Source: Thermodesulfobacteriota bacterium (GTDB lineage: Bacteria; Desulfobacterota_D; UBA1144). From it: 64,000 nt of DNA. The position numbers and the translations under genes were made by a program. The notes below the pieces were generated by a model that saw only the letters and a program-made list of their open reading frames with translations, did no database searches and was not told the origin of the DNA. The DNA is taken from the NCBI GenBank assembly GCA_036337225.1, contig JAYZEP010000006.1, forward strand, positions 73,771-137,770, read 5' to 3'. Below, one piece after another: positions 49,816 to 59,166 of this stretch (positions are counted from its first letter, which is position 1; the number at the start of each line of letters is the position of its first letter).

Positions 49816-51127
49816 CCTCTGTAACTATTTTAATACATTTATAGATGGACTTCGTAAGTTTTTTTAATTCTTTTTCCTTTATAGATACCGGGGGCATTAT
49901 GACTATAGTATCACCCAGGGGTCTAATCAAAACACCTTCATACCTGGCCATATCACAAACTTTTTTTCCTATTCTTTCATTGAGTTGATACGGAATATTC
50001 TTCTTTGGATCTTTTTGCAAATCTATTCCTGCCATAAGGCCCTTACTTCGAATATCACTTACATGCTTAAGCCCTTTAAATTCTTTAAGTTGATCGTCCA
50101 GAATCCTAATAGATGCTTTTATTGTTGAAATTGTTTTTTCTTCATCAAAAATCTCTAAGTTTGCAATCGCTGTAGCACAAGATAGTGGGTTGCCGCTATA
50201 GCTGTGGCCGTGAAAAAAGGTTTTGAGTTCATCGTAATCCCCAAGAAAAGTATCAAAAATATCTTGAGTGGTTATAGTTGCAGATAATGGTAAATATCCA
50301 CTTGTTAAGCCCTTGCCTAAAATTAAAATATCAGGTGTGATACCATCATGATTACAGGCAAACATTTCCCCGGTTCTTCCAAAGCCAGTAGCTACCTCAT
50401 CAACAAGAAGCAGAATATTGTACTTGTCACAGATTCTTCGTACATCTATAAGATATCCTTTGCGGGCCACTTTGATTCCTCCAGCAGTTTGCACATAAGG
50501 TTCAATAATTAACGCTGCGATTTCATCTGACTTTCTACTGAGAAGATCTTCTAGTTCTTTAATAGTCTCGTCCGAAGAATCATAAGAAGATATTTGAAAT
50601 GATTTGAACAGTAATGGCTTGTAAGTTGAGTGAAATAAATCTATCCCACCTACTGAAACAGCACCCAAGGTATCTCCGTGATATCCATCTTTTAGGCATA
50701 CAAATTTGTGTTTACCAGGTTTGTCTTTTAATAACCAATACTGAAATGCCATCTTTAATGCTACCTCTACCGCGCTAGCGCCATCACCTGAATAAAAAAC
50801 TTTTTTCAAGCCTTTTGGGGCGATATCTATCAATTTTTTTGCTAAAATTGACGCTGGAGGGTTGGTCACACCAAGAAGTGTTGAATGAGAAATCTTATCA
50901 ATCTGCTTCTTTATAGCAGCATCAATCTTTTTTACTTTATGACCATGTATGTTGACCCACAAAGAAGAAACTCCATCGATATATCGTTTACCCTCCGAAT
51001 CAATTAAATAAACACCATCAGAACCTTCTATGACAAGTGGTTCGTCTTCTCCATATTCTTTCATCTGAGTAAAAGGATGCCAAAGATAATCTAGGTCATA
51101 TGATTTTATTTTCGATTTTGAGGTCAT
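49802..51127 (-). CDS. bioA: adenosylmethionine-8-amino-7-oxononanoate aminotransferase
   Basis: LWHPFTQMKEY...GVSSLWVNIHGH...DEVATGFGRTG...LGKGLTSGY. Confidence 0.9.
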   Translation of the reverse strand: MTSKSKIKSYDLDYLWHPFTQMKEYGEDEPLVIEGSDGVYLIDSEGKRYIDGVSSLWVNIHGHKVKKIDAAIKKQIDKISHSTLLGVTNPPASILAKKLIDIAPKGLKKVFYSGDGASAVEVALKMAFQYWLLKDKPGKHKFVCLKDGYHGDTLGAVSVGGIDLFHSTYKPLLFKSFQISSYDSSDETIKELEDLLSRKSDEIAALIIEPYVQTAGGIKVARKGYLIDVRRICDKYNILLLVDEVATGFGRTGEMFACNHDGITPDILILGKGLTSGYLPLSATITTQDIFDTFLGDYDELKTFFHGHSYSGNPLSCATAIANLEIFDEEKTISTIKASIRILDDQLKEFKGLKHVSDIRSKGLMAGIDLQKDPKKNIPYQLNERIGKKVCDMARYEGVLIRPLGDTIVIMPPVSIKEKELKKLTKSIYKCIKIVTEDEKE

Positions 51128-51135
51128 TATAGGTC

Positions 51136-52128
51136 TTAACTATATCTGTCCCTAACAGGCATTTGAAGATCTTCAATCATTTTAAGATCTTCTTTTGGAT
51201 CACGCCCGACAGTCGTTAGGTAATTTCCAATAATCATTCCATTTGAACCAGCCATAATACCCATGGATTGAAGATCTCGTAATGTAATTTCTCTTCCTCC
51301 ACCTGACATTAAAACTTTATCAGGCATTACTAATCTGAATATAGCAATGGTTTTAATAGCCTCAAGACTTGGCAGGGGCTTGAGATGACCTAGTGGCGTA
51401 CCAGGTCTGGGGTTAAGAAAATTCATTGGAACTGTATGTGGATCAAGATCTTTTATTTCAAACGCAAGTTGTATTCTTTGTTTTACAGTTTCACCCATAC
51501 CGATGATTCCGCCACAACAAAGCTCCATCCCTGCTTCCTTTACAAGTCTAGCAGTATTAACTCTATCTTCATAAGTATGAGTTGAACATATATTTGGGAA
51601 GAACTCTTTGCAAGTTTCTATATTGTGATTATATCTCCATACTCCTGCATCAGCTAAACCTTGTGCTTGATCTCGAGTTAAACTCCCTAAAGAACATCCA
51701 ATTTCGAGCTTGGTGTTTTTCTTAATTAAGTCTATAGACTCTAGAACCTTCTTGAATTGTTGCTTGTTAGGACCTTTTACGGCAATAACTATACAAAAGT
51801 CAAATGCACCCATCTTCTCAGATTCAAGAGCCGCTTGTAGAACTTCGTCTGGGTCCAGGAAGGAATGTTTCGAAATTGGGGAAGAGAAGTGCACAGACTG
51901 AGAACAAAAAGAACAATCCTCCGAACAATCTCCCGTCTTTGCACTAATAATAGATCTTAAAAAAACTCCGTCACCTTTATGTTTTAATGTTACTTTGCGA
52001 GCCAGCGTTGTTAATTCTAATAGTTTATCCTTCGGAGTATCTGTCAGCTCTAAGGCTTCTTCAAAAGTAATGTCATCGTTTTTATTAAGTAATCTATCTT
52101 CTAGTTCAGAAAAATTCATATAATTCAC
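51136..52128 (-). CDS. bioB: biotin synthase
   Basis: Radical-SAM ISAKTGDCSEDCSFCSQS, the typical BioB context. 330 aa. Confidence 0.9.
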   Translation of the reverse strand: MNYMNFSELEDRLLNKNDDITFEEALELTDTPKDKLLELTTLARKVTLKHKGDGVFLRSIISAKTGDCSEDCSFCSQSVHFSSPISKHSFLDPDEVLQAALESEKMGAFDFCIVIAVKGPNKQQFKKVLESIDLIKKNTKLEIGCSLGSLTRDQAQGLADAGVWRYNHNIETCKEFFPNICSTHTYEDRVNTARLVKEAGMELCCGGIIGMGETVKQRIQLAFEIKDLDPHTVPMNFLNPRPGTPLGHLKPLPSLEAIKTIAIFRLVMPDKVLMSGGGREITLRDLQSMGIMAGSNGMIIGNYLTTVGRDPKEDLKMIEDLQMPVRDRYS

Positions 52129-52215
52129 GTCTCAAAAAATATTATGTAGTGTACATACAATACAATGTTTATTCAAACCAACTTATAATTACATCTCAGG
52201 TGGAGAATCTGACAT

Positions 52216-53286
52216 TTAATAGGTTTTAATATGCTCATAAAAAGTGTTTCTTTGAATCGGCGTAAAACCCTCAGATTTAATAAAGTAAATAATATCATCA
52301 ATACTGGCTTTATGGGGATTGTTTGCGGATTTTAGTACATTCTCTTGTAGTAATGTTCCTCCAATATCGTTTGCTCCATAATGCAACGACATACCTCCAA
52401 CCTTAAATCCTTGAGTAAACCAAGACCCCTGAATATGCCTAAAATTATCAAGGAAAATCCTTGACAATCCCAAGACTCTCAAATACCGATCTCCACCAAT
52501 TTCATTTTTTATATTTCTTTCCATGAAAGTATTTTCTGGTTTAAATGTCCAAGGAATAAAAGACAAAAATCCATGTGTTTCATCCTGGAGGTTCCTAATG
52601 CGCGATAAATGCTCAAGGACATCCTCGTCTGTCTCCATATGGCCAAACATCATAGTGGCCGTTGTTTTGAAACCTACATGATGTGCTTCTTCGGTAATCC
52701 GCATCCAATCATCCGCGGAAATTTTTAATGGGCTTATTTTTTTTCTTACTTTGTTAGATAAAACTTCAGCTCCACCGCCGGGAATAGTTCTCAGCCCTAG
52801 CTCCCAAAACAAACTTAGAATTTCTTTAGTAGTCATTGAAGAATATTTTGCAATAGAATATATTTCTGGAGCAGAAAAAGCATGGAGATGAATATTTGGA
52901 ACTTCTTTTGTGATACCCTTGATTAAATCACAATAATATTCCAGTTTAATAGAAGGATTGTGGCCCCCCTGAAGAAGTATTGTAGTGGCCCCATTATGAT
53001 AAGATGTCTTTGCTATTTCAATAAGCTTATCCAGCGATAGAATATAAGAATCTTGTGCATCGTCAGTTCTCCAAAAAGCACAAAAAAGGCATTCCGTATC
53101 ACAAATGTTTGTATAATTAGGGTTGGTATCAACAACAAATGTCGCCTCGTTATCAACACCCTGTCTTCTTTTAATGAGGCTAGCAAATTGGCCAATCTTA
53201 AGTGTAGAAAAGTGTTTTAATATATTTAGTCCATCATCCTCATTGATTCTTTGGCCCGATAGTATCTTATGTGCAACATCACCCAT
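52216..53286 (-). CDS. MqnC/MqnE-family radical SAM enzyme (futalosine pathway)
   Basis: NPNYTNICDTECLFCAFWR radical-SAM motif, 356 aa, CofH/MqnE/MqnC-like layout. I cannot distinguish MqnC from MqnE by eye. Confidence 0.7.
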   Translation of the reverse strand: MGDVAHKILSGQRINEDDGLNILKHFSTLKIGQFASLIKRRQGVDNEATFVVDTNPNYTNICDTECLFCAFWRTDDAQDSYILSLDKLIEIAKTSYHNGATTILLQGGHNPSIKLEYYCDLIKGITKEVPNIHLHAFSAPEIYSIAKYSSMTTKEILSLFWELGLRTIPGGGAEVLSNKVRKKISPLKISADDWMRITEEAHHVGFKTTATMMFGHMETDEDVLEHLSRIRNLQDETHGFLSFIPWTFKPENTFMERNIKNEIGGDRYLRVLGLSRIFLDNFRHIQGSWFTQGFKVGGMSLHYGANDIGGTLLQENVLKSANNPHKASIDDIIYFIKSEGFTPIQRNTFYEHIKTY

Positions 53287-53380
53287 CTTCTTATTTAAAC
53301 AAATCAGTAATATTAGTCAATTCGCTAAGGAATCGTTAAAATAAATTTTAGAATCTTCAATATATTGTAATCTATATCTG

Positions 53381-54127
53381 ATGAAATTCTTAATAAAAAT
53401 AGCTTTTATCGCATTATTGATATGCTCGTTGGAGAGAATTTCGTACGCAAATATCGATCATGCAACTCTGTATAATTCAAGCGATAGCATAGAAGTTGAA
53501 AAAATACTTGACGAACTAACAAATAAAAAGAAATTGGTAAAAACTGCGGAAATTAAAGGAAAGATTATTTATAAATTTCCGTTTAGAAAACGGTTAAAGT
53601 TAGGGCAGCACATATTCATAGAAAAAGAATCCAAAATACGTGTAAATGTATTTGCGATATGGAAGATAAAAGTTGCTGAATTTATTTCAAATGGGGAACT
53701 AGTTACATATAAGAGAATAGGAAAAAGGGCTAGGGTTAGAAATATAGATGACTTTAATTTAGAAATATTTAACAAGAAATATTTGAATCTTCCTTTAAAA
53801 ATTCAAGAACTCAATAATATATTATTAGGTATGAACATTCTGGATTGGACTCATGGTTCTTATGATTATGAAATTAAGGACAAAAAACTCATCCTCTCCG
53901 AGAACACAAACAAATGCATCATCGATCTAGAGACGGGACAGATAGAAGAGATTTTAATTAATGATGGGAGGAAAGTGCGAATCAAGTACTCAAAATACGC
54001 TCAATTTGGAGAATTTAACATATCTCTTCCACTTCGTGTTGAAATTATTACAAATACATTCTCAATCCAAATAAACCACAAAGATGATATACTTCTTAAT
54101 GGAAAACGTATCGCGAGAAACCACTAA
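53381..54127 (+). CDS. hypothetical secreted protein (possibly a LolA/LolB-like fold)
   Basis: N-terminal signal peptide MKFLIKIAFIALLICSLERISYA, and a beta-rich basic sequence. No family is firmly recognised. Confidence 0.4.
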   Translation: MKFLIKIAFIALLICSLERISYANIDHATLYNSSDSIEVEKILDELTNKKKLVKTAEIKGKIIYKFPFRKRLKLGQHIFIEKESKIRVNVFAIWKIKVAEFISNGELVTYKRIGKRARVRNIDDFNLEIFNKKYLNLPLKIQELNNILLGMNILDWTHGSYDYEIKDKKLILSENTNKCIIDLETGQIEEILINDGRKVRIKYSKYAQFGEFNISLPLRVEIITNTFSIQINHKDDILLNGKRIARNH

Positions 54128-54144
54128 TTTACTAGAATTAATAA

Positions 54145-54411
54145 ATGCTGAGAAAAATAACAATTTCTAACAAACTAGGTCTTCATGCAAGAGCTGCCTC
54201 AAAATTAGTTCAATTAACTAATAAATTTAATTCTACTATTAGTATCTGCAAGGGAAACTTGCGTATTGATGGTAAAAGTATCTTGGGAATATTATCTCTA
54301 GCGGCCAGCACAAATTCCGAAATTGAAGTTGAAGCGATAGGACCTGATGAAGAAAAAGCCATAAAGGAAATTGAAAAATTATTTAATAATAAATTTGGAG
54401 AAAGTTCTTGA
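54145..54411 (+). CDS. ptsH: phosphocarrier protein HPr
   Basis: His15 region NKLGLHARAASKLV and Ser46 region DGKSILGILSL. 88 aa. Confidence 0.85.
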   Translation: MLRKITISNKLGLHARAASKLVQLTNKFNSTISICKGNLRIDGKSILGILSLAASTNSEIEVEAIGPDEEKAIKEIEKLFNNKFGESS

Positions 54412-56153
54412 GTCAGGAGAAAAGAGGGCTTGCAATATCTCCGGGTTTTGCGGTAGGTAACGTTTTATTAATTAATCAAGCTAAAACTATAGTTGAAAGA
54501 AGGAAGATTAAAAAAAGTGAAATCATAAACGAGATAAATAGATTTCAAAACGCTGTTGAAATATCGAAAAATGAAATTTATAACCTAAAGACAAATCGGG
54601 ACCACGAATATAAAATAGAGCACATAGAAATACTTGACTTCAATATACTGATTCTAGAAGATGAAATTCTTGCTGGGGAAGTTATCAACACAATCGAAAC
54701 TAAACTTGTCAATGCGGAATGGGCGCTCAACAGCGTCTTAACAAACAAAAGTAAAGAATTTGCAAAAGTAAGGGATCAGTACATGAAAGAAAGGCTTGCC
54801 GATTTCTATTATATTGCTGAACGAATTATAAAGAATTTAAGAGGAACAGGGGATCCTCCCTCTGATGTCAAAACTAATACAATCCTGGTCGCTCATGATT
54901 TATCCCCTATAGACACTCTTAAATATTGCAAAGACAGTAGGGTTAAAGGAATTCTAATAGATTTGGGTGGAACCGCATCCCACACGGCTATAATAGCAAG
55001 ATCAATGGGCATACCTACTGTTATGTCACTTAGAGATATCAGCATCATATTAAAGCCTGGTCAGAAAGTATACGTAGACGGATATCAGGGTATTGCCACA
55101 TGGAAAGTGAGAAGAGATGAAAAAAGTGAAATGGAAAATTTAAGAGATGAATACATATCCCTGGAAGAAAGATTGCTTGGTTTTTCAAAGCTATCAGGCG
55201 TAACAAAAGACAAAAAAACCATATCTGTTAGAGCCAATATTGAGCTCGCTTCGGAAGTCAAAATAGCAAAGAAGTACGGAGCTGAAGGAATAGGAATGTA
55301 TAGAACAGAATTTTTGTTTACTAGAAAAGAGCAGTTTCCATCAACAGAGGAACAACGTATTGATTATCTAAGTTTATTTGAAGATAATCTTTTTGATGAA
55401 ATCACAATTAGGACTCTTGATACAGGAGGGGACAAAGCGAGGGACGTTAACGAACAAGAAGAGAATCCTGCCCTAGGTTTAAGGGGGATTAGATATTCTT
55501 TGGCAAATAGGGAAGTTTTTAGTTCTCAAATAAGTGCAATACTTAGTACGGCTCAGGATTCAAACAAAAAAGTAAGAATATTGCTTCCTATGGTATCAAC
55601 ATTGGATGAAATTATTGAATCAATTAATCTTATTAACGACTTAAAAAGAAATTTTTCATTAAATAATAATATATCTATCGGTATAGTGATCGAGACACCA
55701 TCTGCTGCAATGCTAATTGATGAAATATGTAATTACGTTGATTTCCTCAGTATAGGAACAAATGATTTAATGCAATATACTCTTGCTGCGGATAGGACTA
55801 ATGAGAACTTAGGGGAGATTTTTTCTCCTTTTCAACCATCAATTATAAGAATGCTGAAATTTATAATGAGCAATGTACCCAACGACAAATATGTTTCGGT
55901 TTGCGGTGAAATGGCTAGTGATATAACTTGCCTACCGATTTTTATCGGTTTGGGTGTAAATGAATTAAGCATGAATTATCACTCTATACCTAAGATAAAG
56001 GGCGTGATTCACGATTTATCTTACAAGGATTGTGAGAAACTACTAGATGATTGCCTACAAATTGCCGAACCAGACCAGATAAAAAAGCTGCTAACGGAAG
56101 CTATAAACAAGAATATTGTAAAGGCAAAGTCCATTTTTAAATACGAAATATAG
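54408..56153 (+). CDS. ptsI: phosphoenolpyruvate-protein phosphotransferase (Enzyme I)
   Basis: Phosphohistidine motif GGTASHTAIIARSMGIP, PEP-utilising GMYRTEFLF and GTNDLMQY. TTG start overlaps the ptsH stop. Confidence 0.9.
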   Translation: MSQEKRGLAISPGFAVGNVLLINQAKTIVERRKIKKSEIINEINRFQNAVEISKNEIYNLKTNRDHEYKIEHIEILDFNILILEDEILAGEVINTIETKLVNAEWALNSVLTNKSKEFAKVRDQYMKERLADFYYIAERIIKNLRGTGDPPSDVKTNTILVAHDLSPIDTLKYCKDSRVKGILIDLGGTASHTAIIARSMGIPTVMSLRDISIILKPGQKVYVDGYQGIATWKVRRDEKSEMENLRDEYISLEERLLGFSKLSGVTKDKKTISVRANIELASEVKIAKKYGAEGIGMYRTEFLFTRKEQFPSTEEQRIDYLSLFEDNLFDEITIRTLDTGGDKARDVNEQEENPALGLRGIRYSLANREVFSSQISAILSTAQDSNKKVRILLPMVSTLDEIIESINLINDLKRNFSLNNNISIGIVIETPSAAMLIDEICNYVDFLSIGTNDLMQYTLAADRTNENLGEIFSPFQPSIIRMLKFIMSNVPNDKYVSVCGEMASDITCLPIFIGLGVNELSMNYHSIPKIKGVIHDLSYKDCEKLLDDCLQIAEPDQIKKLLTEAINKNIVKAKSIFKYEI

Positions 56154-56155
56154 AA

Positions 56156-56227
56156 CCCGCTTGTGAGGATTCGAACCCCAATTACTTGATCCGAAGTCAA
56201 GTGTGTTATCCATTACACTACAAGCGG
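56156..56227 (-). tRNA. tRNA-Arg (anticodon UCG)
   Basis: Reverse complement is CCGCTTGTAGTGTAATGGATAACACACTTGACTTCGGATCAAGTAATTGGGGTTCGAATCCTCACAAGCGGG. It has a perfect 7-bp acceptor, 4-bp D stem and 5-bp anticodon stem. The anticodon loop is CTTCGGA and the T-loop is TTCGAAT. CCA is not encoded. Confidence 0.85.
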
Positions 56228-56265
56228 ATTGCAATATTCTATCATTAATAGTTACAATTATCTTA

Positions 56266-56604
56266 ATGAAGGGAAAACTGTATATAGATAAATCCTGCAA
56301 GATTTGCCTTAAGTACGCTTCGTATATTAAATCTGAAGAATCTTGCGAAATAGCAATACAAGATATTAAAAGCTTAGGTGAAAATTCGTATCTAAGAGAT
56401 GAAATGATATTTGAATCCAACAATGAGTATTTTTATGGTTTCGATGCAATCATCAAGTCAATGGAAGCAGAAAAAGAATCTTCTATAATCACCAAGCTCC
56501 TAAAGGCTATGCCAACTCACCTTGGCAAAAACATATATAAATCTGTTGCAAAAAACAGAAAGAAAATCAGTAAATTATTTAACATAATCAAACCAAAATC
56601 TTAG
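56266..56604 (+). CDS. DCC-family (DUF393-like) thiol-disulfide oxidoreductase
   Basis: N-terminal KLYIDKSCKICLKYASYI (CxxC near the N-terminus), about 112 aa. The longer track ORF (from 56203) would run through tRNA-Arg. Confidence 0.5.
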   Translation: MKGKLYIDKSCKICLKYASYIKSEESCEIAIQDIKSLGENSYLRDEMIFESNNEYFYGFDAIIKSMEAEKESSIITKLLKAMPTHLGKNIYKSVAKNRKKISKLFNIIKPKS

Positions 56605-57684
56605 TCGATTTTTTTGAGGATTATATGAATCAAGTCTTTTAATCTCATTCTTCGACAAGGTTCTATTGAGGGTTCCATTAGAATTAAAATACAAGTGGGA
56701 TTTGAACACATCTTCTATCTCCTTGGCCTTCAATACATTAGGTGCAACGAAATAAACATTTTTTTTAACAATTAACACTCTAGGGTAAGTTTTATATTTC
56801 TTTAAATACGATTTAATATCTCTTCCTAATGAAGAGGTAATAATTAAAGGACTCTCTCCACAATATAATAATTGATCAGGATTTAGAGGCCTTGTAAAAT
56901 TCTTGGAATTTTTTAAATTAATGAACTTCTTTAAAATCGCATCCTCGCTGTAACAACATACTAAATTTTCGTACGAGTTCTTCCATAAGATTCGGGAGAT
57001 TTCCGTAGTTAACTTATATCGGCTTAAGTCTATTTTTAAATAATTTTCAAATTTTTTAACAAATTTTTCCACACCCTGTATTAAATCCAACTTGCTATCT
57101 GATGAACAGATTAAGCCATGATTTTCTAAAAAAACAACAATAGTAGCATCTCTTTTGAACTTCTCCTGCTCAACAGACATAACATTAATTATTTCAGTAG
57201 CAAGAGATATACCGGGAGTTCTATAACTAACATAATAAATACTCTGCCCTTTTAGTTTCCTTGAGAATATTTTATTAAAAATTTCTCTTGATTTCCTATT
57301 AACGGACACCATATTGCTAGCAACAGGATGAATATGAATAGTAAACTTTTTCATAATCGAATGGGCATACGTTTCAATAGAAGGATTACCTCCATCCAAT
57401 ATGGAGTTTTTTAATATTTTGAAAGATTTCTTTTCTATAGAATCAGTAATTTTATTCGCTCTTGCACTGTGTAAAAAATTCATCAGCTTGTCATTGTCTA
57501 CAACTGTATATCCATTCCTCAGAGTAACTTCAGATAGAGAATACCCACTAGATTTTATAAACATTCTTTTGTTTGATTTAACAGAAGAATTACCACCCGC
57601 AGCTTGAGTCAAGTCAAATCTCTGTCCAAAATATTTAGAAATCTCAACTAAGTCTTTTAATAAATTTTTATCTTTTTGAGCCAC
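56575..57684 (-). CDS. class II aldolase/adducin-like domain protein (stand-alone)
   Basis: AAGGNSSVKS...FIKSSGYSL and FLENHGLICS resemble the N-domain of bifunctional aldolase/SDR proteins. GTG 57684 is preferred because GGAGAA lies 6 nt upstream; the ORF extends to TTG 57705. Confidence 0.5.
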   Translation of the reverse strand: MAQKDKNLLKDLVEISKYFGQRFDLTQAAGGNSSVKSNKRMFIKSSGYSLSEVTLRNGYTVVDNDKLMNFLHSARANKITDSIEKKSFKILKNSILDGGNPSIETYAHSIMKKFTIHIHPVASNMVSVNRKSREIFNKIFSRKLKGQSIYYVSYRTPGISLATEIINVMSVEQEKFKRDATIVVFLENHGLICSSDSKLDLIQGVEKFVKKFENYLKIDLSRYKLTTEISRILWKNSYENLVCCYSEDAILKKFINLKNSKNFTRPLNPDQLLYCGESPLIITSSLGRDIKSYLKKYKTYPRVLIVKKNVYFVAPNVLKAKEIEDVFKSHLYFNSNGTLNRTLSKNEIKRLDSYNPQKNRLRFWFDYVK

Positions 57685-58643
57685 TCTTGATTCTCCAAGT
57701 GCCAATTGAAAGTTTTTGTTAATCCTTGGTCGATATTCGTTTTAGGAGTCCATCCGATTAATTTTTTTGTTTTCGTTATATTGGCACATGTATAAAAAAC
57801 ATCTTCTGGTCGTAAAGGTTTCTTGTTAATCTTTGTTTTATTTCCGGACAGTTCTGATATTTTACCGATAAGATAGTTTATTGATACGGGCTTATTGTTT
57901 CCAAAATTCAGCACATTGTATCCTTTTAATTTTAGCGATTTATATATACCAGAAACAACATCATCAACATATGTAAAGTCCCTCTTCTGTCGTCCAGTAC
58001 CGAATAAATTAATTATTTTCGAATTAATAGAAGACTGAATAAATATAAATGGGCTCATATCTGGCCTACCTGCAGGCCCATAGACAGTAAAAAATCGCAA
58101 TATACTAATATTCTGCCCATGAAGCATGTGGTAAGCATAGAGTAAAGTCTCAGAGGCTTTCTTTGAAGCGGCATAATTTGAAAGTGGCTTACTCGTATCA
58201 GCATCAACATTAAAGCTCCTATCCCTACTACCGCCGTAAACACTTGATGTCGATGCATGAATAAAATTTTTAATTCTGTAGGTGTTGGCCAATTGAATCA
58301 AATTAAGAACACCCATTACGTTAGATTGATAATAGGAATACGGGTCTGCAGTAGATTTCCTTACACCAGTCCTAGCAGCTAGATTAACTATCGCATTAAG
58401 CTCATTTGATTGAAAATTTTTTCTGAAATATTTTTTGAGAGTTGCAGCTGATGATATATCGAGTTTATTAAAATGGAAATTTTTTCTACCGCTTAGTTGA
58501 GAAATTCGCCATTGTTTAATTTTTTTATCATAATTATTGTTTAAGTCATCTACACCATAAATTTCAAAACCTTTTTTAAGTAAAAAGTCAGAAAAGTGAT
58601 ATCCAATGAATCCAGCAGCGCCAGTTAATAAAACTTTTTTCAT
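57657..58643 (-). CDS. NAD-dependent nucleotide-sugar epimerase/dehydratase (UDP-glucuronate 4-epimerase-like)
   Basis: VLLTGAAGFIGYH Rossmann motif and catalytic SSVYG...YAASK. GAGGAA SD. Confidence 0.85.
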   Translation of the reverse strand: MKKVLLTGAAGFIGYHFSDFLLKKGFEIYGVDDLNNNYDKKIKQWRISQLSGRKNFHFNKLDISSAATLKKYFRKNFQSNELNAIVNLAARTGVRKSTADPYSYYQSNVMGVLNLIQLANTYRIKNFIHASTSSVYGGSRDRSFNVDADTSKPLSNYAASKKASETLLYAYHMLHGQNISILRFFTVYGPAGRPDMSPFIFIQSSINSKIINLFGTGRQKRDFTYVDDVVSGIYKSLKLKGYNVLNFGNNKPVSINYLIGKISELSGNKTKINKKPLRPEDVFYTCANITKTKKLIGWTPKTNIDQGLTKTFNWHLENQEWLKKIKIY

Positions 58644-58660
58644 TTCCTCAAGAATATAAC

Positions 58661-59068
58661 CTAGTTTAGCCTATTTTTAAAAACCCATAATCTCTGACCG
58701 AAAAACCCTACGGACACAGAAACACATAAAGCTGCAAAATAGGCAAGATTTATATCTTGAAAATAGTCATAAGCCACGTGATTGACGCTAACATTGATTA
58801 CCAAAACAAGACAATACAAAACTATGTATCGTCTAAGATCATCAAAAAAACCCGCGGTCGATTTGAAGGTCCACAATCGATTTCCATTAAAAGATATATT
58901 AAGGCCCAAAAAAGTTGATATGCCTTTAGCTATATCCATATCGAGTACAGGTAAGAGTAAATTATATAGGCCGTAATCTCCTGCTAGGGCCACTAAGCCT
59001 ACCCCAGCCCACTTATAAGTTTTGGAATCCAGCAACAGTGAATAAAAATAACGAAAGATTTTGATCAT
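58661..59068 (-). CDS. GtrA-family membrane protein
   Basis: About 135 aa with four TM segments. The C-terminal FGQRLWVFKN matches the GtrA-like pattern. The start is uncertain; the ORF extends to TTG 59110. Confidence 0.55.
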   Translation of the reverse strand: MIKIFRYFYSLLLDSKTYKWAGVGLVALAGDYGLYNLLLPVLDMDIAKGISTFLGLNISFNGNRLWTFKSTAGFFDDLRRYIVLYCLVLVINVSVNHVAYDYFQDINLAYFAALCVSVSVGFFGQRLWVFKNRLN

Positions 59069-59166
59069 TGAATTGTCAAGGATGATAAATTTAATTCTAC
59101 AATTAGTCAAACTATTATATTTATTGGTAATATTAATGTTAAATTAAATGAATATAGAATTATAGT

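Noticed and set aside
52145-52159. A TGTA-N7-TACA dyad upstream of bioB as a BirA operator.
   Set aside because: It has only 4-bp arms in AT-rich DNA and does not resemble the longer TGTAAAC/GTTTACA-type bio operators I know. It is consistent with chance.
56091-56423. A 110-aa minus-strand ORF, and the 5' part of the 133-aa plus-strand ORF (56203-56265), both spanning tRNA-Arg.
   Set aside because: Both run through the tRNA gene. The plus-strand ORF has a sensible internal ATG at 56266, giving a DCC-type protein that starts right at its CxxC motif.
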